Shown here in pieces: positions 1 to 9,906 of a stretch of DNA of 51,569 nucleotides. Made by a program: the position numbers and the translations under genes. Where the stretch lies: contig CALMSP010000112.1 of assembly GCA_937872405.1 (NCBI GenBank), positions 1-51,569 on the forward strand. The letters are read 5' to 3'. Source of the DNA: an uncultured Saprospiraceae bacterium. GTDB taxonomy: Bacteria > Bacteroidota > Bacteroidia > Chitinophagales > Saprospiraceae. How positions within the stretch are numbered: the stretch's first letter is position 1; each line of letters starts with the position of its first letter. Below the pieces are notes generated by a model that made no database searches, was not told the origin of the DNA, and worked only from the letters and a program-made list of their open reading frames with translations.

Positions 1-139
1 CGAAGCGTGCAGCAGCAGGTGCGGCGGTCATATTCTCAGGGAAAGGGCTGCTCATGATTTGCTCCAGCGTGAAGGATTGCGCGAAGCTAAACCCCGACAA
101 TAGCAGTGCAAGACATCCGATAAAATAATTCTTGATCAT
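1..139 (-). CDS. N-terminal fragment of a secreted protein (possibly an S9-family peptidase); the rest lies outside the window
   Basis: A minus-strand ATG at 137-139 gives MIKNYFIGCLALLLSGFSFAQSFTLEQIMSSPFPENMTAAPAAARF..., a classic signal peptide. The frame stays open to the window edge. The peptidase guess rests only on recollection of similar N-termini. Confidence 0.4.
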   Translation of the reverse strand, partial: MIKNYFIGCLALLLSGFSFAQSFTLEQIMSSPFPENMTAAPAAARF

Positions 140-183
140 GATTTCAGGTGTTTTGAATTTAAAAATGGAAACCAGCATACGCC

Positions 184-681
184 TTAGGCAATTTTCCAGC
201 GGAACGATTGAACATCCTTGGCGTGCTGGATAGCTAGGATACCCTCTAAATGGTCGCATTCATGTTGCATGAGTTCTGAAAGATCATCTTCCAGTTCCCA
301 AACCTGTTCCTGCCATTGCAAATCGCGGAAGTGCATTTTACAATAGCGGTGCCGCTGTAAGCGCACCAGCAGATTAGGGAAGCTCATGCAATCATCCCAA
401 AGTTCCATCATGTCGTCGCTTTTATCGAACAACACGGGGTTGATAATAGCCACGGGCTGATCTATATGAAGCACCACAAGGCGCTTCATGATGCCAAGTT
501 GGGGCGCTGCAATAGCTCTGCCGGCTTGGTATTTGGCTCGAAATTCAAGAATAACATTAGCCATGCCCTCTACTATAGGGAGGAGCCTGTCTAATTCGGC
601 GGGTTCTACTGGTGCGCAGCGTTGGTGCAGGCGCGGATCGCCAAGCAGAATGATGTCGCTTAGGTGCATAAGGCTTTGCAA
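184..681 (-). CDS. def: peptide deformylase
   Basis: 165-aa ORF. All three PDF motifs are visible: GRAIAAPQLG (GxGxAAxQ), DDCMSFP (EGCLS-like) and QHECDHLEG (HExxH metal site). Confidence 0.9.
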   Translation of the reverse strand: MQSLMHLSDIILLGDPRLHQRCAPVEPAELDRLLPIVEGMANVILEFRAKYQAGRAIAAPQLGIMKRLVVLHIDQPVAIINPVLFDKSDDMMELWDDCMSFPNLLVRLQRHRYCKMHFRDLQWQEQVWELEDDLSELMQHECDHLEGILAIQHAKDVQSFRWKIA

Positions 682-711
682 GGTTTTCTAATAAAAAGAC
701 AAGTAGTGGGG

Positions 712-3012
712 TCAATTATTTTCCCACCAGCGATTGTTGTACCACAGCATTTGATTATTGCGCTGATACAGGTCGGTTGTAACGGGCCGAATGAGCATTT
801 CATCGAGCCAGAGCGATCCATGGCGCATATCTGTATTATAGAATTGAATTTTTAAGCGATTGTCAGGATTGCGCATTTCAATACCTAATTCTAACAATCC
901 CCAGCCGTTGTTATCAAAAGTGGAAACAGTCTGGCGAGCCTGATAGCGCAGCTGCTGCACGATCGAACCATCGGGGTTGTACTCGGTAAGCTCGTAGGTA
1001 GTACGCGGGTGAAGGTCTTGCCGATAATACATCCAGATAGAAAAAAGATACCAGCCAGGTTGTAATGCAGGGATCGTACCATCAAAAATAATCGTTGGTT
1101 TAGCTGCTGGTATTTCCAATCCGCCATTGCCGAGATAGTGTTTGGTTGCTTTTTGGTCGTCCCAGGTCAGGCGTACAAAATTTTGCACGCTATCCGTTGA
1201 GCGAATATCGCCATGTGTGTAGAGTTGCAAGGAGTCCATTGCTTGCCGGACTACCTGTTTGCGCTGGGCGATCCGCTCGGCAAAGATGGAAAGCGGCAGA
1301 TGATACAAGGTCAGCTCGCCCCGCCGATATACCATTTGCAAATCTTCAATTAAGTGATCGTAGCGCGTCGGATATTTCTGCACCCGCAGGCTATCCCAGG
1401 CTACCAGCAAGGGTTTTTGATTGGGTAAATCATTCAATAGCGCGGGTACGCGATAAGGTTCCAGCACCAATTGCAACTGATTGATCGTTTGCGACAGGGA
1501 AGCGCGCGTGAGCATAGCGCCGGTGGTAGGCAGCCCAGTTTGCATGGCAATAGAACCCACCTTTTGACCAATAAAACCTTCCATTTCCCACCAAAAATTG
1601 TCGGAGCCTATGCTGTAATAAGGTATAGGAATACTGGCTTGGTAGGCGTCAAAAAAAGCCTGTCCGGGTGTTTGGGCAAAACTATTATCTGGCACCAATT
1701 CTTCAATATAATCAGGCTGTAGATCAATATGCTTATTGAACATCCATGCTTCGTAACCCAACAGGAAAATGGCTAAAGCCGGCAACACCCATCGGATGCT
1801 GGCACCTTTCACTGCCCAATAGTACAGGGCGGCAAATGTAGCTATATTAATGACATAAAAAAACGTCCACGCAAAGCGCCCAATGGAGCGGAACTGCTGG
1901 ATCGGCCCCAAATAGTCGAGCAGCCAACTCATACCTTTAATAGTAAAGGGCAATCCGAAAGAGAATAACAAGATAGCAATGGCACTCAAAAAGGTAGCAC
2001 GAAGCCAGGTCTTTGGCCGAATCTCTGATTCAAAACTGTAAGGCATGCGCTGCATCCGATAGTAAAAACTTCTGCCAAGCCAGACCAAAGTAGCCGCAAA
2101 AGCCGTCAAACCTACGTAGGCATTACTTTCAAAGTCCACCTTTCGAATATTTACTACCTGTTGGTCTATCCATTGAAAAAAAGGCATTTTCATAGAAAGG
2201 AAAACACCTTCCCAATGTGCCCGATAAGCAAAAAAGCCCCAAGGTTTCCCCGGACGATCTGTCACGGGGTCATTCCAATATATCCACCACACAAAAAATG
2301 CTAAGGGCAGCAACAATTGAATACTGTAATGCAACGCATATTTGGGCAGTTGGCGCCATTTGGGGTCTTGCAGCCAGCTAAAAAGGAAGTACGCAGATAT
2401 TGTAAATACCAGAATTGCAAAAAAGTAGAAGTGCAAGCACGAAAAAAACAGGACTACGCCAGCCAAGCACAGGCTATACGATATTTTCCAGGTGGTTTCT
2501 AAGCGCAACAGCAGATACAGCGTTGCAGGTAGCAAACTCGGATGCGCCAGCCCAAAATGCCCAACCATTCGTTCTATCTGCGGCGACAAAAAGCTGATAC
2601 CAATAGCCACAGGCACGGCGTACCAGCCTGGCAAACCAAGCTCCCGAAACAAGAGATACAAGAATACACTGCAAAGCAGCAGCGAGCCAAACATAAAAAA
2701 GTGCAAGATTGGTATGGCAAAGTCTGAAATGTCCACCAGATTATGGCTAATCCATCGGAGGGTGTTGGATAATGAGGGTTGCCCATCGCCGGGCACTATG
2801 TGTTCACCGTAGGGATAATTCATCGCACCGGAATGGGTGTAGCTGCTATCATATTTTACATGATACACCAGCGCAACATACGTTTTGTAGCCATCGCCCC
2901 ATCCTGATATCACTTTGCTACTGTCCCATTGAAAATACGTTGGAAAACGCCCGTACAACAAAATCAGCATCAGCCCCAACAATAAAATGAAGTATCCTGC
3001 CTGTCTTTTCAT
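712..3012 (-). CDS. large polytopic membrane protein (YfhO/GT-C-like architecture), function unknown
   Basis: 766-aa ORF. The first ~480 aa contain many hydrophobic helices, followed by a soluble C-terminal domain. No specific family signature recognised. Confidence 0.7.
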   Translation of the reverse strand: MKRQAGYFILLLGLMLILLYGRFPTYFQWDSSKVISGWGDGYKTYVALVYHVKYDSSYTHSGAMNYPYGEHIVPGDGQPSLSNTLRWISHNLVDISDFAIPILHFFMFGSLLLCSVFLYLLFRELGLPGWYAVPVAIGISFLSPQIERMVGHFGLAHPSLLPATLYLLLRLETTWKISYSLCLAGVVLFFSCLHFYFFAILVFTISAYFLFSWLQDPKWRQLPKYALHYSIQLLLPLAFFVWWIYWNDPVTDRPGKPWGFFAYRAHWEGVFLSMKMPFFQWIDQQVVNIRKVDFESNAYVGLTAFAATLVWLGRSFYYRMQRMPYSFESEIRPKTWLRATFLSAIAILLFSFGLPFTIKGMSWLLDYLGPIQQFRSIGRFAWTFFYVINIATFAALYYWAVKGASIRWVLPALAIFLLGYEAWMFNKHIDLQPDYIEELVPDNSFAQTPGQAFFDAYQASIPIPYYSIGSDNFWWEMEGFIGQKVGSIAMQTGLPTTGAMLTRASLSQTINQLQLVLEPYRVPALLNDLPNQKPLLVAWDSLRVQKYPTRYDHLIEDLQMVYRRGELTLYHLPLSIFAERIAQRKQVVRQAMDSLQLYTHGDIRSTDSVQNFVRLTWDDQKATKHYLGNGGLEIPAAKPTIIFDGTIPALQPGWYLFSIWMYYRQDLHPRTTYELTEYNPDGSIVQQLRYQARQTVSTFDNNGWGLLELGIEMRNPDNRLKIQFYNTDMRHGSLWLDEMLIRPVTTDLYQRNNQMLWYNNRWWENN

Positions 3013-3331
3013 CGTTCTTTGTTAAAATAGAAAAGCGCTTAAAATTAGCGATTATACTGGGACTTGCAACAATACATCCGATAATTTGTAGGAAAAGCAT
3101 AATGCATGAAATATCGCAAGACATTAGCGGCGCCTAATGTGAACAATAAATACCATCTTAGATGGCCTGATGCCGATGTCAGATTTTAGACAATAGACAA
3201 TAAATTTTAGATGCCGTTTTTATCTGTAATTCGTATGAAATTGAAAAACAAATAGTTAGCTGCCTTTGAATGCGTTTTTTGTTGAAATTGGTATAAAATG
3301 CCTTTCAACTTTCAAACCTTTCAACCCATCC

Positions 3332-4042
3332 CTATCTTAAAATATATCCCACTAAAAATCGCATCGTAAATCTGTTTGAAAGATTGTCCTCACCGGGTCT
3401 CACTGATTGCCATTCTAACAGATTAGAACCGTTGGTAAGCAGTGTAGCGTCTTCTGGAATATCCGAAAATCGGTCTTTAAAAAAACGCCATTGGTAGCCA
3501 CCCGCGGCTTCTATCATCCATCGGCTGGAATAATAGCCTAAGGCGCCAACGTCAAGACTAAAAATATAAAACTCGCGCCGCCTATTATATACAAAACGTT
3601 GTCGAAAATTGCACCCAAACCGGCAAAAATCACCGGTAATATCAGCATCCGACAACTGATACGCTACATGTAGCTCCAACCAGTTACGATTGAATTGATT
3701 GGGGGCGTAGGGTTTGGTGTAAAGCCGCCCGCCAGTTCGCACCTGAAATCCAAAATACCGCTCCATCTCTGGTAGTCGGACAATACCAAGTCCACTGGGC
3801 GGCAGCAAATAGCCTACCTGATGATGCAGGGATACCAGTGGGGTAAGTGGATGCTCTACCCCGATCTGGATTGCCGGATAATTAATATTCAGAAATGAGA
3901 ATAACGAGAGCTTACCAATGAGACGCGGTTGCGACGTGGGGAAGTCGGTTTGCTGTGCCTGCAACAGCACGGGGCTATTCAGTAGCAGCATCAACCATAT
4001 AAATGTTGTGGTGTGCCTACTCCAAGGTTTGAAAAACATCAT
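3332..4042 (-). CDS. putative outer-membrane beta-barrel protein
   Basis: 236 aa with a signal peptide (WLMLLLNSPVLLQAQQ), alternating amphipathic strands rich in G/Y/R, and an aromatic C-terminus (FLVGYILR). It overlaps the upstream lipoprotein gene by 4 nt. Confidence 0.6.
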   Translation of the reverse strand: MMFFKPWSRHTTTFIWLMLLLNSPVLLQAQQTDFPTSQPRLIGKLSLFSFLNINYPAIQIGVEHPLTPLVSLHHQVGYLLPPSGLGIVRLPEMERYFGFQVRTGGRLYTKPYAPNQFNRNWLELHVAYQLSDADITGDFCRFGCNFRQRFVYNRRREFYIFSLDVGALGYYSSRWMIEAAGGYQWRFFKDRFSDIPEDATLLTNGSNLLEWQSVRPGEDNLSNRFTMRFLVGYILR

Positions 4043-4806
4043 ACCCCGAAAGGAATTTGTGAGATCTGGCGAATATTTTGCAAATCCGTATAATCATATT
4101 GATAGATGTTCTCTGGCCCAATTACTAGCAGTAGCCCGCGCAGAGGAATGACATCATAAGCGGTGAACCCCTCCAGATGCGCTATTTCCACAATGGACGA
4201 CGGATTGGCTACATTGAAAACCCGCACGCCATAGCGACCATCGCATACGAAAAGCGTAGTACCATCTACCCCAAGCCCATAAGGCTCCCGCATAAAATAG
4301 GATGATATAATCTGCGGTTGTCGGATATTCGCAATAGAAATAATGTCGAGGCGATCCGCAGCGCCAAAGCCCGCTCCACGACAACCGGTGGCGCGCAGGG
4401 TAACGTAGGCAAATTCCTTATTCGCCACTACTGGATCGCAACTCACAACATGCTGATAAGCAGATACAAAACTGGGATTGCCATTGGCACTAAGTTGATA
4501 AATCAGCATACCGCTTTGTGTGCCCAGAAACAGCCAGTTGTTGAGCGGGAAAATGGTTTCCACGTCGTTGCTACTAATTTTTGTCGAATGCCGAAGTTCC
4601 GGCGCATCTGGTTTGGAAATATCGAAAGTACGCAGGTTACTTGCATCCACAGTATAAAGAAAATTGCCAACGATGGTAAATTGGGCTAAAGAGCCGCCAA
4701 CGCCCGTAGTGCCGGCACTATCCGGCGAAGCTGTCTCAAGATCTGTACATTGCGACAGCAACGCAAGGGCGAGTAGCAAAAAAGAGAAACGAAGTAGTTG
4801 TTTCAT
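4039..4806 (-). CDS. lipoprotein with LVIVD-like beta-propeller repeats
   Basis: 255 aa with a lipobox (LLALALLSQC). Blade-like motifs recur: LRTFDISKPD, RLDIISIANIRQP, VRVFNVANPS, LLLVIGPENIYQYD. Confidence 0.65.
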   Translation of the reverse strand: MKQLLRFSFLLLALALLSQCTDLETASPDSAGTTGVGGSLAQFTIVGNFLYTVDASNLRTFDISKPDAPELRHSTKISSNDVETIFPLNNWLFLGTQSGMLIYQLSANGNPSFVSAYQHVVSCDPVVANKEFAYVTLRATGCRGAGFGAADRLDIISIANIRQPQIISSYFMREPYGLGVDGTTLFVCDGRYGVRVFNVANPSSIVEIAHLEGFTAYDVIPLRGLLLVIGPENIYQYDYTDLQNIRQISQIPFGV

Positions 4807-4844
4807 GGCTATATTAATTTAGTGGTAAGGAATGTGTTAGTAGC

Positions 4845-5384
4845 TTATCGCCAGCATTGCGGGCGCTTCAATAATTGTTCTTCCCAATGAGACACCACCC
4901 CTCGGGCAGGGTCGGTGCACTCGAAGAAGCCAGTATAATTGTCTGGTAAAGGCGTTGCTTCTATGTTAGGGAAAGCCTTTTCCACACGGCTGACCACCCG
5001 AATCTGATCCAGATTGGAAATATCCAGCACCACCAAATCAAAAAGGTTATTGGCATACAAGAAATTGCCTTTAATAGCAACGTCTGAATTACCAGCAATT
5101 TCAATAAATTTTAGACGACGGGGATTGAACGGATCACGGTTATCAATAATGTGAATGCCCTGCCCGCGTTCACCAGCGAAGATGTATCCGTCTTTGTAAT
5201 ACATTTTGCCTAATTTCTGGATAGCACGGGAATCGGAGACTTTGATAACACGCCAATCCGTTGTAGCGTACACTGGGGCGAGGCCCATCACTTGTTCCGG
5301 TATCTCTTGAAGCTGTGGTTGGCAGGATGTAAAAAACGCCAGTGAGAGTAACCAGATTCCATGTAGAATAGGACTTGTTTTCAT
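4845..5384 (-). CDS. lipoprotein with LVIVD-like repeats
   Basis: The ORF track gives 4845..5516. I moved the start to the ATG at 5384, which gives MKTSPILHGIWLLSLAFFTSCQ (signal plus lipobox). Motifs: GIHIIDNRDPFNP, DLVVLDISNLD. Confidence 0.6.
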   Translation of the reverse strand: MKTSPILHGIWLLSLAFFTSCQPQLQEIPEQVMGLAPVYATTDWRVIKVSDSRAIQKLGKMYYKDGYIFAGERGQGIHIIDNRDPFNPRRLKFIEIAGNSDVAIKGNFLYANNLFDLVVLDISNLDQIRVVSRVEKAFPNIEATPLPDNYTGFFECTDPARGVVSHWEEQLLKRPQCWR

Positions 5385-5612
5385 TATGCTGTAAGATTTG
5401 TAATTAAAGGTACGCCTTTTTAAAAAAAGATGCAATAACTCCCTTTGAAATAGGGGGCTATACACAAAAAAATAACATGAAATTAACATGCATATTAGAC
5501 CATTTTCAAAAAACAAAGACAGATTATCAATCAGCAGATATTTATTTTCAAAAGCTTGTTTTTCAACATTTTACAAAATCCAAAAATCGGACTTCTAAGA
5601 TCGTAAATGGTA

Positions 5613-7055
5613 TTAGCCGTATTTTATGCATACGTTTTTAGCCTCCGTAAAAAACCGCAGTACCTCGAAGCCACCTTCGCGCCCCAGGCCCGATTGTTTG
5701 ACGCCGCCAAAGGGGGTGCGCAGATCGCGCAGCATCCAACAGTTGACCCACACGATTCCCGCTTGCAATTGTTCTGCGATCTGGTGGGCGCGACTAAGCT
5801 GTTGTGTCCAAACGGTAGCAGCCAGACCATAGTTGCTGTCATTCGCTAATTGAACGGCTTCCGCATCGGTATCAAAAGGTGCAATAGTAACCACGGGCCC
5901 AAATATTTCTTCCTGATTGGTACGACAGTTGTTGGGTAAACCTTCGATGACTGCTGGGCTAAGAAAATAGCCGCGAGATTGGTTGTCAGCAGGCGGAAGG
6001 CGTTCGCCGCCACAGAGGATGGTGCCACCTTCTTCGCGGGCGACCTGGAGATAGTGCTCCACTTTATGAAGGTGCGTTTCCGACACCAGCGCGCCAAGCT
6101 CGCTATCGGAGCGCAACGGATCGCCTATTTTGAGTTGAGCAGCCCGCTGCACCAGCGCATCGCGGAATCGAGCGTACATGGGTCGTTCCACGTATATGCG
6201 AGAACCGCACAGACAAATCTGACCATTATTGGCAAAAGAAGCACGCACAGTTGTGTCAAGCGCTTGATCAAAATCGCAGTCGGCAAATATGATATTTGGA
6301 TTTTTACCCCCCAGTTCAAGCGATAATTTTTTAAACATTGGCGCGGCAATAGCGGCAATACGTTGCCCAGTGGATGTACCACCAGTAAAGGAAATGGCTT
6401 TGATCTCAGGATGCGACACAATAGCCTGCCCAGCGCTATCCCCCAATCCATGTATAATATTCAGCACGCCTGCAGGTAGCCCAGCATTGGTGCATATTTG
6501 CGACAGCAAAAAAGCAGTCATCGGCGTAAGTTCGGAAGGTTTAGCAATGACACAGTTGCCTGCCGCCAGTGCGGGCGCAATTTTCCAAGTAAATAGGTAC
6601 AAGGGTAGATTCCAAGGAGAAATGCATCCTACAATACCAATGGGTTGGCGCAACGTGTAATTTATGGCTTCACCAGCTGTATGGTGCGACTCAGAAGCAA
6701 ACTGCGTTAGCGCTTGCGCAAAGAACCGGAAATTAGCTTGGGCGCGCGGGATGTCCACGGTGCGGGCGGTTGTAATGGCTTTGCCGGAATCCATTGCCTC
6801 CGCTTCTGCGAGTATTTCTAATTGTGCTTCAATGCCATCAGCAATTCGGGTGAGTAGGCCTGCGCGTTCGTTGAGTGGCATTTTCGACCAAGCCGGAAAT
6901 GCTTTTTGCGCAGCTTCTACGGCGAGGTGCACATCACGCGCATCGGAATCGGGCAGGGTTGCATATACTTGTCCGGTAGCAGGGTTGATATTATCTAACC
7001 AATTTCCAGAGAACGGGGGTACGAATACGCCATTAATGAAGTTTTTTAGTTGCAT
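5613..7055 (-). CDS. NAD(P)-dependent aldehyde dehydrogenase
   Basis: 480 aa with ALDH signatures: LELGGKNP (catalytic Glu), FANNGQICLCGSR (catalytic Cys), FTGGTSTG (cofactor site). Confidence 0.9.
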   Translation of the reverse strand: MQLKNFINGVFVPPFSGNWLDNINPATGQVYATLPDSDARDVHLAVEAAQKAFPAWSKMPLNERAGLLTRIADGIEAQLEILAEAEAMDSGKAITTARTVDIPRAQANFRFFAQALTQFASESHHTAGEAINYTLRQPIGIVGCISPWNLPLYLFTWKIAPALAAGNCVIAKPSELTPMTAFLLSQICTNAGLPAGVLNIIHGLGDSAGQAIVSHPEIKAISFTGGTSTGQRIAAIAAPMFKKLSLELGGKNPNIIFADCDFDQALDTTVRASFANNGQICLCGSRIYVERPMYARFRDALVQRAAQLKIGDPLRSDSELGALVSETHLHKVEHYLQVAREEGGTILCGGERLPPADNQSRGYFLSPAVIEGLPNNCRTNQEEIFGPVVTIAPFDTDAEAVQLANDSNYGLAATVWTQQLSRAHQIAEQLQAGIVWVNCWMLRDLRTPFGGVKQSGLGREGGFEVLRFFTEAKNVCIKYG

Positions 7056-7227
7056 TATTTTTGTATAATGTCTTGTTTGTCAAATCATTGCATTCATAAA
7101 AACCCTTTGTTCCGCAGGCTGTATATTGGTCATTGTAATGTAATGGATTGCCACAGATGCCTTCCGCAAAATGTCAATACCTCGAAAGATAAAGCAGAGT
7201 TTGTGTCCTTCTTTTTGAGCAAATTTG

Positions 7228-7971
7228 TCAGGTTCGATTGGAGAACCAACCAGAAAAATTATCTCGGTTTTGGTGTTCGCGCTCCGCTTTGGGCTGTTCA
7301 AAAATATTAGGGTCAAGGAAGGTTTTTTCTTCTGTTGGCTCGGATTCCCAGGAGTAGCGGGGTTTTTCTTCTGCTTTTTCAATGGTGTCACGAAACCAAA
7401 ACGAGGTGAAGACGCCGGCTAATAGGCCCGCCAAGTGCCCTTGCCAGGAGATGCTCTCCTGCCCTGGTAGAATACCTGCCAGCATACCGCCAAAATAAAA
7501 GACAACTATCAGCGCTAAAGCGATAGCGCGCAGGTTGCGCCGCAGGATACCATTGCAGATAATAAATGCCCACAAGCCATAGATAACGCCGCTTGCGCCA
7601 ATATGCCAGCCTCCCTGAAACGGCAGCGCCCACGTAAGCAGGCCGCTGAGCAGGTAAATGAAAAGCAAGGAAGCAAACGCTACACGCCGATAGAAAAAAA
7701 GCGTAAGCGCACCAAGAAAAAAAATAGGGAAGGTATTGGCTAATAGATGCCCCCAATCGCCGTGGATGAGCGGAGAAAAAAAAATGCCCGACCATCCGGC
7801 TTTGCGCAAAGGTAGAATACCCCAATTGACCAAACTGAAGTTGAATACCTGCTGGGCTAAATGGATGCCCCACATGAGCGCGACCGCGTAAGCCGGATAA
7901 AGTAGGCTTTCACGAAGTTTTATAGACAATTGTCGGAACATAGGCATGTATTTTGAAATGCAACCTGACAA
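7228..7971 (-). CDS. rhomboid family intramembrane serine protease
   Basis: Polytopic membrane ORF with HGDWGHLLANT, GASGVIYG (GxSG catalytic Ser) and a later GHLAGLLAG (catalytic His helix). The start may instead be an internal Met at 7947 or 7941. Confidence 0.8.
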   Translation of the reverse strand: MSGCISKYMPMFRQLSIKLRESLLYPAYAVALMWGIHLAQQVFNFSLVNWGILPLRKAGWSGIFFSPLIHGDWGHLLANTFPIFFLGALTLFFYRRVAFASLLFIYLLSGLLTWALPFQGGWHIGASGVIYGLWAFIICNGILRRNLRAIALALIVVFYFGGMLAGILPGQESISWQGHLAGLLAGVFTSFWFRDTIEKAEEKPRYSWESEPTEEKTFLDPNIFEQPKAEREHQNRDNFSGWFSNRT

Positions 7972-8004
7972 ACTATCGGTGCGGCAAACCGTCGGTAGCT
8001 TTAC

Positions 8005-8979
8005 TCACGACAATATATTAACCATTTCCAGCAGCGTTGAGTTGATCTCAATATGATGTTTGGTAGCTTTTTCAAATGGTGTATAGGTCACTTTACTCGC
8101 CACTTCGCCAATCATGACAGCATTTTTACCATCCTGTAGGGCTTTTACGGCCTCCATACCCATCCGGCTTGCGCGCACCCGTTCTAAGCAGGTAGGGCGT
8201 CCGCCACGCTGAATATGCCCCAAAATGGTGACTTTGATTTCATAGCGATTAAAGCACCGTTTTTTGACTTCCTCTGCAATTTTAAACGCACCGCCTTCCT
8301 CATCGCCTTCTGCAACCACTACAATGCTGGAATTCTTCTTGCGCTGCCAGTTATCTTCCAGTGTTTTGATTAAATCATCAATCGTTGTGGGGGTTTCTGG
8401 TATCATTACAGCCTCAGCGCCCGTGCTAATGCCTACGGGTAGTGCGATGAAGCCTGCATCGCGGCCCATCACTTCTACAAAGAAAAGCCGATCATGGGCA
8501 TTAGCGGTATCTTTAATGTTATCAATGGCATCCATGGCCGTGTTGATGGCGGTATCATAGCCAATTGTATAATCGGTGCCAAAAAGATCATTATCAATGG
8601 TGCCGGGGCAACCAACCATACTAATTTCTGGGTATTCCTCCATAAAAACAAGCGCCCCACGAAAAGAACCGTCGCCGCCAATCACCACCATCTTGTCAAT
8701 GCCTGCTTGCTGGAGTTGTGCTCTGGCATCGCGGCGCCCCTCCGGTGTGCGAAAGGCATCGCTACGAGCTGACCGCAGGATGGTGCCCCCCAGATGAATA
8801 ATACCGCTGACCGAATTGGCTTGCAAAGGCACAAAATCCCCTTCAATCATGCCCTGATATCCTCGTCGGATACCAACTACTTCTATGCCATAGTGCAGTG
8901 CCGTGCGCACCACACCTCGTATGCAAGCATTCATGCCTGGCGCGTCGCCGCCAGATGTAAAAACCCCTATCTTTTTCAT
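8005..8979 (-). CDS. pfkA: ATP-dependent 6-phosphofructokinase
   Basis: 324 aa with GVFTSGGDAPGMNA, IGGDGSF, PGTIDNDL and MGRDAG motifs. Confidence 0.95.
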   Translation of the reverse strand: MKKIGVFTSGGDAPGMNACIRGVVRTALHYGIEVVGIRRGYQGMIEGDFVPLQANSVSGIIHLGGTILRSARSDAFRTPEGRRDARAQLQQAGIDKMVVIGGDGSFRGALVFMEEYPEISMVGCPGTIDNDLFGTDYTIGYDTAINTAMDAIDNIKDTANAHDRLFFVEVMGRDAGFIALPVGISTGAEAVMIPETPTTIDDLIKTLEDNWQRKKNSSIVVVAEGDEEGGAFKIAEEVKKRCFNRYEIKVTILGHIQRGGRPTCLERVRASRMGMEAVKALQDGKNAVMIGEVASKVTYTPFEKATKHHIEINSTLLEMVNILS

Positions 8980-9020
8980 ATTTTCATCTAATGATTTGAT
9001 AAAATTATCGTAGAAAACGG

Positions 9021-9704
9021 CTACACGTAGCGGCGCCGGATCGTCCTGATGAAATCTTGTGCTGTTTCGATTTTTTCTTCCTGCGTCCAGCCGTATTGTT
9101 CGGCAAGATTTACCAAAAGGCTTTTGGCCTCTTCCATCCGATCAAATTTATTGAGCAGCAACAGCGTTTCGTTGAATGCACTACTATCTTTTTTGAATAA
9201 ATCATTGATATACAGCAGTTTGTCATTAATAGCAAAAGCCTTGGTCAGATCCGTAATTGGGCGGTCGCTCAGTTTTTCTGACAACTCCTTGGTCTGCCGA
9301 TGGTTGAAGAGGGCTTCAATGTCTGCACTCCCCGTATGCTTTGTGATAGGCGGCGAAGGCTGCTGAAGGGGTGTTTCCTGTTTCTGGGTTGTAGTCGTCG
9401 GCTGCGTAGTAGCCACTGGTTCTGCGGTTACTGCTGGTGGTTTGGGAGTATCCGAAATGTCAATAATTTTTGGCGGCGTGTAGGTGCGGCGCACGGGTTC
9501 TGTTTCGGCATTGCGCGGCTGCGTTTTAGGCAATTCTTCAATCGGTGGATTGGCCGGCACATCCAGAAATACATCGTACAATTGGCGAATATAGCTCAGC
9601 ATAAGATCGCGCTCAATGGCTGCTATATGCCCCTTATTCAAGCTCACACTTTTGTGCAATGCCCCGATTTTTTCTATTAAAATTTTGGCTTGTTGTAAAT
9701 CCAT
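9021..9704 (-). CDS. hypothetical protein with a Pro/Thr-rich linker
   Basis: 227-aa ORF filling the gap between pfkA and the SDR gene. Helical N- and C-terminal parts are joined by a low-complexity PT-rich segment (PKPPAVTAEPVATTQPTTTTQKQETP). No family recognised. Confidence 0.55.
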   Translation of the reverse strand: MDLQQAKILIEKIGALHKSVSLNKGHIAAIERDLMLSYIRQLYDVFLDVPANPPIEELPKTQPRNAETEPVRRTYTPPKIIDISDTPKPPAVTAEPVATTQPTTTTQKQETPLQQPSPPITKHTGSADIEALFNHRQTKELSEKLSDRPITDLTKAFAINDKLLYINDLFKKDSSAFNETLLLLNKFDRMEEAKSLLVNLAEQYGWTQEEKIETAQDFIRTIRRRYV

Positions 9705-9906
9705 TTCCTTCGATATGTTAAATTATTTAGACCATATGACGACAGACCCCGTCTTTTATTGTTTGTTTAGGATTCCAAATATAAACAGTTGGATGATTCT
9801 GGCAGAACAATTACCTTAGCTTTTCGGGTATTTTTTTGCATCCTTGCAAATATTTGCAACAACCGGCAGGTGCCACAGGTTCTTCTGCTGAAATAAAACA
9901 AAGAAC

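Noticed and set aside
3121-3140. Short palindrome CATTAG-CGGCGC-CTAATG upstream of the large membrane protein gene
   Set aside because: The stem is only 6 bp, it occurs once, and it has no flanking context. It is too weak to call a regulatory site.
7388-7873. 161-aa minus-strand ORF in an alternative frame inside the rhomboid gene, and the 103-aa ORF at 7080-7391
   Set aside because: The rhomboid frame carries the catalytic GxSG and His motifs. The alternative frames give low-complexity basic or proline-rich products.
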